Part shown: piece by piece, positions 10,705 to 20,686 of the stretch | How the letters are laid out: every line of letters starts with the position of its first letter | How positions within the stretch are numbered: position 1 is the first letter of the stretch | Assembly: GCA_950097015.1 (NCBI GenBank) | Contig: CATNEN010000001.1 | Location: forward strand, 21,390,001 to 21,454,000 | Reading direction: 5' to 3' | Source of the DNA: Macrostomum hystrix | Taxonomy: Eukaryota > Animalia > Platyhelminthes | DNA: 64,000 nt | Notes under the pieces: generated by a model | Told to the model about the DNA's origin: nothing | Databases searched by the model: none | What the model saw: the letters and a program-made list of their open reading frames with translations, nothing else | Made by a program: the position numbers and the translations under genes

Positions 10705-13700
10705 ATGGCCGACAGCAGAAGCAGCAGAACGACGACCCAAAGAGCCAACGATTCATCGTATGAGTCGTCAACAGTGCCGAAGTCGTCAGTGCTATCATCA
10801 TCGGCTTCCAGATTGGACAACGATGTACCCGGCCCATTCGACTGGTCCTCAGTGGTGGCTGATGTAATTCTCACAGCCGAAGAGAGAAACTTACCGAATT
10901 GGCCGTTTCGCGCTCGCACCGACTCGTCAGTTGTGTCGCCGACAATGTTTGGCAAAGAGTTTGGCATTGCAGAGAGGCCAGTGGATGAAAGCTATAAGGC
11001 CGCTCACTCCAAACCATCGATCTGGTCAAACGATTTGTGCAAGCCTCAAGCCTCGAAACGTGACGAGCCCTTCTCAATGGCCTCGGACGTGGCGTTTCTG
11101 AAATCGCTGCTTGCCTCAAATCCAAGCCTGCAAAGGGCTGTGGAAGCAGCAGAATTGCGCGAATCCAGTCATGCGGCCGAGATGAAACTACTCGACGATG
11201 AACACATGAGAAAGGAGGACCAGCTGTTGATGCCGCCGCCTCCGCCGCCGCTGCCAATGTTTTTTAGGGTGCAGCCGCAGCAGGAGCCGAATCAGAAGGT
11301 CCGTTGTCACGCACGTCGCGGTGGCGCCAGCGCTGCCTGCCTCGGTGTTGCTAGAAGATCCGGTCCCGAAGCCGCCAGCGCTGCTACTGCAGCTACTACT
11401 AACTTCGACGAGAGCGAGAGAAGTAGTATGAAGCGAAAATCTGACGACGCGAACTCGGCTAGTGAACCGGCGCCAAAGTATTTCCGCATGCCACCGGAGC
11501 CTCCAGTGTGAGTGAATCAGATATCATCCAATTTGAAGCATTGTAAATTGATCTAAATACTATTCTTTGTTTTTCTCCGCACTAGAACTCACCGATCGGA
11601 GGCCTTCATCAATCGAATGCGCAATCTGGAGCGCGGCGTCAAGAATCTGCGCACGCTTGTGCAGGATACTTTCGCTAAGAAGGCGCGTTTGCTTGCTTTA
11701 TACTTGCGTATTTCATTTTGTGGGCTTCACTGCGTCTTTTTCCCTGTCCGAATAATAATAATAATTGATTACACCTGCCCCAATTGGGTCAGATGTGCAG
11801 CCGACAGCACAGCCGCAGCTAATGCGCGGCGCATCTGAAGGCTGCGTACAGCTGTTCAGTCCATGGACTGGGGGGACGCCACACCCACCTTCAATTATCC
11901 CAGCTGATGCTGGTACCCATTTAACAGCTGGGTGAACTGAAGCAATGCAGAGTTAAGTGTCTTGCTAAAGGACGCAAATTGTTCCAGTGGAGTCGGGAAT
12001 CGAACCCCCGACCTTCAAGTCGTGAGTCCGACGCCCTAACCACTAGGCTACAACCTCTCCTGTCCGAATATTGGTCATTACCATCTGTCCTGATTCTACC
12101 TGTTTAAATCTCGACCTTTGCCACCTGCGTCTTAATCCTAGGTTATTACCACCTGTCTTATTCTAGGCCATTACCTGTCGTAATACTAGGCCATTAAGAC
12201 CTGTCTCAATACTTAGTCATTACCACCTGTCTCAATACCAGGCCATTACCATCTGTCTTAATCCAGGCCATTACCATTTGTCTTAATCTAGGCCATTACC
12301 ATTTGTCTTAATCTAGGCCATTACCATTTGTCTTAATCTAGGCCATTACCATTTGTCTTAATCTAGGCCATTACCATCTGTCTTAATCTAGGATTCTAGG
12401 CCATTACTACCTATCTTAATCTAGGCCATTACCATCTGTCTTAATCTAGGCCATTACCACCTGTCTTATTCTAGCCCATTACTACCTATTTTAATTTCGG
12501 TCATTACCACCTGTCCTAACCTCGGTCTTTTTCGCTTTTTCCAATCTTGTTTATTATTATATTCTTAAATTTGCCATTGCCCCTGACACTTTTCCAGACC
12601 ATAGAAATGATGGCGCTCGCTAGAAAGGCCGACCGCATCAGACAGACCTATGGATCCATGCTGGTATGCTAGTTACTCACTGTCTGTCTGTCTCATTGTT
12701 TGTCTGTCCTAACACTGCGTCAATATATCACCCCCCTATCTATGCGATCCCCAACTGTAGAAAAAGTGCGAAGTTTTAAAGCTATTCTGCAATGAGGAAT
12801 CGCGTTTGCAGAAGCGCACAGAAAATCAGTAAGCAAAATCAACCAGAAAGAAATAAATTATCTTTAACTTTTCAAGTACTAAAAGTTGCACTTGTTTTGC
12901 AGGCTAGCAATAATTGACAGGCGGCTGTACACGCTTGTCGAGACCGCTATGAGCCTGGTGAAGGTCAGCAAGTCAAGTGAGTTGTGAGACAATGCGAATC
13001 AGGAAAATATGCTAAATATTTTATGTTTAATTAGATTGGACACTTTAATTAGTACTTCCGCAATGTGACGTCGTTTTTTAATTTATGGCCAAGATTTTTG
13101 GTTCGCAATTTCTCGCTATTGTGTTTTTTTTGGTGAGCACGACTCCATTCTCGTCTTGGGACATTTTGTCATCGAATTTATTCTTTAGATCTTTTTAGAT
13201 AGATTTACACATGGGACATTTTGTTATTATTTTTCGTTGACTATTTTATTTTATCATCTATAATATACGAGTAGATAATAGGATCTATCTATATCTATAT
13301 CCCATGAGAGATCTATGATAGATCTGTAATATATGATAGATGAATGATGGATCCTAAATATTTGGTTTACGAATATTTAGGAATATTTTTTTCTTGTGAT
13401 AATTTTCTAATGAACAGGGCATTCGGTATGTATTATTGGGATAAAAAAATTAAAAAACAAAAAATCTCAGATATGCTCATTTGGTGATGTAGACCCGCAG
13501 CCATCGAGAAGGTAATTCTGCCCATTTCGCTGACTCCTGAGCACACACGCACACAGATACTGTACGCAGGCAAACACTCACAAGGTCGTGTACATCTGCC
13601 CTGACTTTCTCATTTTCGGGCAGTGTACTCTCTCACTGTACCTTTGAGGTTGGCCCTCAAGGGCGTAAACTGCATGGCAAGCCCCTAAAGCATTTTCTCC

Positions 13701-16700
13701 GCGGCTGCGCCCAAAATTAATGTGGTCTCGCCGTGGAATCGAGCTCAGGGACCTTGGCGCGAGAAGCAGACGTGTTAGAGTTAGATCGCCATTCGGGAAT
13801 TAGGCATAGCTTTCAGTCATGGGATAATTTTGATCGGTTTGCATATTGAGATATTTTAGGACCGAATTTTTTTCTGGGATAATTTTGAAAGGCTTGAAGA
13901 ACACGTTACTGTTCTTCTGGCAATTAAAAAATAGCATTGTGTTTTGCTTAAAAACTACAAGCCCCAGATGCTAATCCTAACCAATTGTGTGCTAATCCCA
14001 TCGCAGTTAAGCTGCTGAAAACTCGGGTTCAAGAGATCCTAATGATTCAGCAAGAGTGCATCAGTATGTGCAAACGAGACCTGGCCATCTGCGCCAGCAT
14101 TGTTAGAACTCACGAAGCAAAGCGTAAGCAGCCATTGTATCTAATTATACTAAACTCTCTGTCCTAGTCTTTGTCTATCTTTAAATTTTTTATTTTTAGT
14201 CAGCCGCAAAGTCAACTGGAACGTCGAAGTCAGGCAGAAGATTGAAAAAGTAAAGCGAGAGGTAAACAAATTGCTTGCTGTGATTGAAAAAGGAAGAACA
14301 AAATATGGACAGAGATTGGAGATCGGAGAGAGAGGTACAAGAGATGGGAACGGGGGGAAAAGGAAGAAAGACTGGGAAAAAATTAAGGGTTTGGACGAAG
14401 GACGAATTCCAAGATCAGGAGAAGTTCTGAAAAAAAAGCTAAAAAATGAGGAGCGAGTGAAGGATCAAAGGTGATATTTATCCCCTTACTATCAGTGCTT
14501 AATCGCTTCCCGACTCTCTAGCTGAAGATCACAGGTGACGAGCTAAGCCTCACTCACTTGGCCTGCCAGTTGGCTACGGAGAAAATCGAAATTGAAGAGG
14601 AGAGCATCGAGTATCTGCAGGAGACTATCGGTGAGTATTCTCGCTCTTAGGCTGTGATTGTCGTTCAAAGCACAAAGGCACGTTTTACTCGAACAAAAAT
14701 ATTTTTAGACTTGCGAGACAAGCTGACGAAAATGCGAGAGCAGCCAGGGCAGGCTGCGAACTCAACAGAAGGAGAAACAGACAACGCGGCTGGTTCGGCA
14801 CAAGGTGAATTGCCGACTGAAGATGTCGAATTTTCGGAGCCTGAGACCGAGGTTGTTAAAAGAATCTCTTCTAAGGAAGCTGAGGTTTTGGAGCTGGAGC
14901 AGCAGATCAAGGAGCTTCAGGTGCAGTTTCCTGGCTTTGTGTAACTCAGAAATGGGATTTTAGTGCCCCACTCATGTTCCTATGGTGTCTCCAACCAGAT
15001 CCTCAAATTATCCCCGACTCTCACATATATACAAAAAATTATGCCCGACTCTCCCAGATCCTCAAATTATTCCAAACTCTCCCAGATCCTCAAATTATTC
15101 CCAACTCTCCCAGATCCTCAAATTATGCCCGATTATCCCAGATCCTCATATTAGGCCCGACTCTCCTATATCCTCAATTTATGCCCGACTCTCCCAGATC
15201 CTCAAATTATTCCCAACTCTCCCAGATCCTCAAATTATGCTCGACTCTCCTATATCCTCAATTTATGCCCGACTCTCCCAGATCCTCAAATGATTCCCGA
15301 CTCTCCCAGATCCTCAAATTATGCCCGACTCTCCCAGATCCTCAAATGATTCCCAACTCTCCCAGATCCTCAAATTATTCCCAACTCTCCCAGATCCTAA
15401 AATTTTTCCAAACTCTCCTAGATCCTCAAATTATTCCCAACTCTCCCAGATACTCAAATTATTCCCAACTCTCCCAGATCCTCAAATTATGCCCGACTCT
15501 CGGATCCTGAATTAAACCCCGACTCTCTCGGATCCTCAAATTATCCCCGACTCTGCCAGATCCTCAAATTATTCCCAACTCTCCCAGATCCTCAAATTAT
15601 TCCCATCTCTCCCAGATCCTCAAATTATCCCCGACTCTGCCAGATCCTCAATTTATTCCCAACTCTCCCAGATCCTCAAATGATTCCCGACTCTCCCAGA
15701 TCCTCAAATTATTCCCAACTCTCCCATATACTCAAATTATTCCCAACTCTCCCATATACTCAAATTATGCCGGACTCTCCCAGATCCTCAAGTTATCCCC
15801 GACTCTACCAGATCCTCAAATTATCCCCGACTCTACCAGATCCTCAAATTATCCCCGACTCTCCCAGATCCTCAAATTATTCCCGACTCTCCCAGATCCT
15901 CAAAATATGCCCGACTCTCCCAGATCCTCAAATTATGCCCAACTCTCCAGATCCTCAAATTATGCCCGACTCTCCCAGATGCTCAAATTTTGCCTGACTC
16001 TCTCGGATCCTCAATTCGTGTGTCCAAAATTCTTAGATCCTCACTTCATGTATTCTACGTATTCTTCGAGATGCCAGATTCCTATTTAGTGCCTTCCATT
16101 CTCGCAGATCCTCACTTCTGTGATGCTCATTTCGCAGTTTCTGTTTCCTGATCATGATAAACATTTCTGTCCAATTAAAGCATTTGGCCTCTCATCAAGA
16201 CGGGGAGCCAACGGTTGAAGGACAAGAAGAGCGGTATCCAACCTATGAAGAAGTCCCAGTCACAGTGACAGCTTCTGCCGACGGTGTAGCGTCCGAAGAC
16301 GGCGAGTTGGACAAACTCGAAGAGGCCGAGATTGACAAGCTGATTCAAGATGCAGAACAGGAGCTGCAGTTGGCTGGGTAAGTTTGGTCTGGCTGAGATC
16401 CTTAACTGTACTGAGCTAAGCAATGGAAACACTAAATCAGATGTCTAACACATTGAATCTCATATCTAACACATCTATTCTTATATCTAACACATCGAAT
16501 CTCATATCTTACACATTGAATCTCATATCTAACACATCGAATCTTATATCTCAAATTAAGATAATTCTATCTAACACAACGAATCTCATATCTAACATAT
16601 CAAACCAGATGTCCAAGACCTTAAACCAGATGTCTAACACATCAAACCAGATGTCTAACACCTTAAACCAGATGTCTAACACATGAAACCAGATGTCTAA

Positions 16701-18655
16701 CACATCAAACAAGATGTCTAACACATCAAACCAGATGTCTAACACATTGAATCTGGGATCTAACTGCCCAACAGATTTCCGGACGAAACTGAGCAGCCGG
16801 TTGAGTCCAATCAGGCGGACTTGACTGAGCTGAGCGACGAGCTGGCTGCTCTACTAACCAGGCTGGCCACCGCTGAGCAGCAGCTTGATGATGAGCAGCT
16901 GCTCAACGATCCTATTATTGGGAGTGAGGCGAACACTAAGGAGCAGGAACAAGACGCGCCGGGAAATACGGGTGAGTATGCGAGATGAGAGACTAGATCG
17001 GGGAGAGATGGAGTTAGAAAGGAGAGATGGAGATTAGAGGGGTCAGATTGAGATTAGAGAAGAGAGATGGAGTTAGAGGGGAGAAATGGAGTTAGAGGGG
17101 AGAGATGGAGATTAGAGGGGAGAGATGGAGATTAGAGGGGTCAGATTGAGATTAGAGAAGAGAGATGGAGTTAGAGGGGAGAAATGGAGTTAGAGGGGAG
17201 AGATGGAGATTAGAGGGGAGAGATGGAGATTAGAGGGGAGAGATGGAGATTAGAGGGGAGAGATAGAGATTAGAGGGAGAGATGGAGACTAGAGGGGAGA
17301 GATAGAGATTAGAGGGGAGAGATAGAGATTAGAGGGGAGAGATGGAGACTAGAGGGGAGAGATAGAGATTAGAGGGGAGAGATGGAGACTAGAGGGGAGA
17401 GATAGAGATTAGAGGGAGAGATGGAGACTAGAGGGGAGAGATAGAGATTAGAGGGGAGAGATAGAGATTAGAGGGGAGCGATGGAGATTAGATGGGATAG
17501 ATGGAGTTAGAGGGGAGAAATGGAGTTAGAGGGAAGAGATAGAGATTAGAGGGAGAGATGGAGATTAGAGGGGAGAGATGGAGATTAGAGGGGAGAGATA
17601 GAGATTAGAGGGGAGAGATAGAGATTAGAGGGGAGAGATAGAGATTAGAGGGGAGAGATAGAGATTAGAGGGAGAGATAGAGATTAGAGCGGAGCGATGG
17701 AGATTAGATGGTATAGATGGAGTTAGAGGGGAGAAATAGAGTTAGAGGGAAGAAATAGAGATTAGAGGGAGAGATGGAGATTAGAGGGGAGAGATAGAGA
17801 TTAGAGGGAGAGATGGAGATTAGAGGGGAGAGATAGAGATTAGAGGGGAGAGATAGAGATTTGACGGGAGAGATGGAGATTGGAGAAGAGAGATTGAGAC
17901 TAGACAGAAAAAATTGGAGATTAGATTGAAGAGAAGCAGATTAAAAAGGGTTAATTTGACTTAGGGAAGAGATGAAAGATTAGTGGTGAGAATGGGAGAT
18001 CAGAGGGGGAGATAGGAACGGGGATCAGTTACAGGCGGAATAATAAATATAATCTAGGCTTTAGAATTGTGAATATATGGACGAATCGTTTCCGGCCCTT
18101 TCAGCTTCGGCCGCCACCGGCGCCTTTAACGATGCCCACACTGATGACTTTGAGGACGAGTTTGAATACGTCGAGCTGGATGTGGACGAGCTCTCGGCCC
18201 AAATGGAGGCAGAACGCGTCGAGCTGACTAATATTTTAACACCTCTTCGTGCTCATCAGCAGGAGATCATGGTGGCCCTGCGAGACATCGACAGTGCTGC
18301 CGCTGCTGCTGAAGGCTCAGCTGGCGGTGCTGCTGGAAGCTCAGCTGGCGGTGCTGCTGGAAGCTCAGCTGGTGGAGCTGCTGGAAGCTCAGCTGGTGGA
18401 GCTGCTGGAAGCTCAGCTGGCAGTGCTGCTGGAAGCTCAGCTGTTGGAGCTGCTGGAAGCTCAGCTGGTGGAGCTGCTGGAAGCTCAGCTGGTGGAGCTG
18501 CTGGAAGCTCAGTTGGTGGAGCTGCTGGAAGCTCAGCTGGTGGAGCTGCTGGAAGCTCAGTTGGTGGAGCTGCTCGAAGCTCAGCTGGTGGAGCTGCTGG
18601 AAGCTCAGCTGGCAGTGCTACTGCGGGAGCTACATCTAGCACAGCTCAGCTATAA
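10705..18655 (+). CDS. Uncharacterised ~850-aa coiled-coil protein, 12 exons
   Basis: Exons 10705-11507, 11586-11682, 12598-12663, 12761-12828, 12903-12976, 14007-14123, 14200-14261, 14522-14630, 14709-14920, 16181-16377, 16775-16971 and 18105-18655 join into one open frame of 2553 nt. All junctions are phase-compatible (10 GT-AG, 1 GC-AG). No family recognised. Confidence 0.8.
11755..12058 (-). mobile_element. tRNA-derived CORE-like SINE, copy 1
   Basis: The minus strand has an A box (TAGCCTAGTGG), a B box (GGTTCGATTCC), a CORE-like segment (CCTTTAGCAAGACACTTAAC...CTGTTAAATGGG) and a (TTA)n tail. A 12-bp TSD CCTGTCCGAATA lies at 11743-11754 and 12059-12070. A near-identical copy is at 45.3 kb. 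Confidence 0.9.
12135..12520. repeat. Intronic minisatellite, 25-bp unit CTAGGCCATTACCATTTGTCTTAAT
   Basis: Tandem copies. Confidence 0.9.
13490..13790 (-). mobile_element. Probable degenerate tRNA-derived SINE of a second family
   Basis: GC-rich island in an AT-rich intron. The minus strand starts with a tRNA-like head (...GGTCCCTGAGCTCGATTCCACGGCGAGACCA) and has internal hairpins. Confidence 0.4.
14995..16015. repeat. Intronic minisatellite, 28-bp unit CTCTCCCAGATCCTCAAATTATTCCCAA
   Basis: Tandem array; source of several spurious ORFs. Confidence 0.95.
16430..16755. repeat. Intronic minisatellite, 21-bp unit GATGTCTAACACATCAAACCA
   Basis: Tandem array. Confidence 0.9.
16995..17900. repeat. 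Intronic purine-rich minisatellite, ~20-bp unit GAGATTAGAGGGGAGAGATA
   Basis: Tandem array. Confidence 0.93.
18313..18620 (+). repeat. Coding 24-bp minisatellite encoding (GSSAGGAA)n
   Basis: About 13 units of GGAAGCTCAGCTGGTGGAGCTGCT in frame inside exon 12 of the orphan gene. Confidence 0.88.
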
Positions 18656-19329
18656 CTGAAGAAGCATCTGTTGTAGTCCCAGCCGCTCAAGAATCTTCAG
18701 CTACGGAGATTCGAGACACTGTCAAATCTATGGTTGAAGGGCTGCAGAGAGCTGCAGTGCGTTAAACAATTTAATGGAGTTAAGGAACTCTTGGTTTTTG
18801 GCTTTTTAGTTAAATGTTATCATTAATTTAGCCCTATAGTCCTATTGTATCTATTATGGAATCCTATATTCATCCATTGTCCTTATTCCTTTCTTGTCCT
18901 CATCTTTATCCGTGTCCAATCAGAATCCCATTCTCATCTCATAATATTTTCTCCTTTTGTCCGCTTTTCTCATCCTTCATCTTACCTTTCTTTACCTCTC
19001 GCTTACCTCATTAAATTGTTGTTAGCCCACTCGATTTCCTCACTGTCCCATTCGATTGTTTCCGTCTTCTATTTTTTCCTAGCCCACCGAATTCTCACCC
19101 GCAATCTGTGTTGCATTTTTTCTATTGTTGTCAGTGTTTTTGTTTTTACTTTTTTTGTTTTGCTTTGTTTTTACTTTTCTTTCCAAGGTTTGTTTAGCGC
19201 GAGTACGAAATAGATAATGGCATTTTTAAGGCAGCATTGTCCTTTTACACAGGTGTTGAAAAAACTGCTACCTTTTGATTTTGAAATAAACTGCTTTGTG
19301 TCATCTAGGCTTCACTTATTTTATTTCTG

Positions 19330-20420
19330 TCCTGTGTCCCTCTCCCACCTGTCCTTTGTCCCTCTCCCACCTGTCCTTTCTCCCTCTCCCACCTGTCCTT
19401 TGTCCCTCTCCCACCTGTCCTTTCTCCCTCTCCCACCTGTCCTTTCTCCCTCTCCCACCTGTCCTTTGTCCTCCTCCCACCTGTCCTTTGTCCTCCTCCC
19501 ACCTGTCCTTTGTCCCTCTCTCACCTGTCATTTGTCCCTCTCCCACCTGTCCTTTGTCCCTCTCCCACCTGTCCTTTGTCCCTCTACCACCTGTCCTTTC
19601 TCCCTCTCCCACCTGTCCTTTGTCCCTCTCCCACCTGTCCTTTGTCCCTCTCCCACCTGTCCTTTGTACCTCTCCCACCTGTCCTTTGTACCTCTCCCAC
19701 CTGTCCTTTCTCCCTCTCCCACCTGTCCTTTCTCCCTCTCCCACCTGTCCTTTGTCCCCCTCCTACCTGTCATTTGCCCCTCTCTCACCTGTCCTTTGCC
19801 CCTCTCTCACCTGTCATTTGTCCCTCTCCCACCTGTCCTTTGTCCCTCTCCGACCTGTCCTTTCTCCCTCTCCCACCTGTCATTTGTCCCTCTCCCACCT
19901 GTCCTTTGTCCCTCTACCACCTGTCCTTTCTCCCTCTCCCACCTGTCCTTTGTCCCTCTCCCACCTGTCCTTTGTACCTCTCCCACCTGTCCTTTGTCCC
20001 TCTCCCACCTGTCCTTTGTACCTCTCCCACCTGTCCTTTCTCCCTCTCCCACCTGTCCTTTGTCCCCCTCCTACCTGTCATTTGCCCCTCTCTCACCTGT
20101 CATTTGTCCCTCTCCCACCTGTCCTTTGTCCCTCTCCCACCTGTCCTTTCTCCCTCTCCCACCTGTCCTTTCTCCCTCTCCCACCTGTCCTTTGTCCCTC
20201 TCCCACCTGTCCTTTGTCCCTCTCCCACCTGTCCTTTGTACCTCTCCCACCTGTCCTTTGTACCTCTCCAACCTGTCCTTTCTCCTTCTCCCACCTGTCC
20301 TTTCTCCCTCTCCCACCTGTCCTTTGTCCCTCTCCCACCTGTCCTTTCTCCCTCTCCCACCTGTCCTTTCTCCCTCTCCCACCTGTCCTTTGTCCCCCTC
20401 CTACCTGTCCTTTGTCCCAC
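19330..20420. repeat. Minisatellite, 22-bp unit CTCTCCCACCTGTCCTTTGTCC
   Basis: Tandem array between convergent gene ends; stop-free in many frames. Confidence 0.95.
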
Positions 20421-20686
20421 TTCCAACTCCTATCCTTCGCCAAACCTTATCGTCTATTTTACTGTTAATACAAATTCATCCACAATGACCATCTAGCAGT
20501 TGCTGGATTCAAAGCAATATCTGGCAACTCCAACTGAATAGTTTCCTATCGCTAGTCGGTAGTCAAGTTTTTATTTCGTTCGAGGTTGAAGACAAACCAA
20601 GACTTCAGTCGATCCGTCTTTGTCGGCATTAAATAGTCCACAGTAATCTTCAGCTAATCTAATCTCATCACGCAGTTAGCAATGGC

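Noticed and set aside
11985-12058. tRNA gene (also ~45485-45560)
   Set aside because: It is the head of a repeated SINE with a body, a tail and a TSD.
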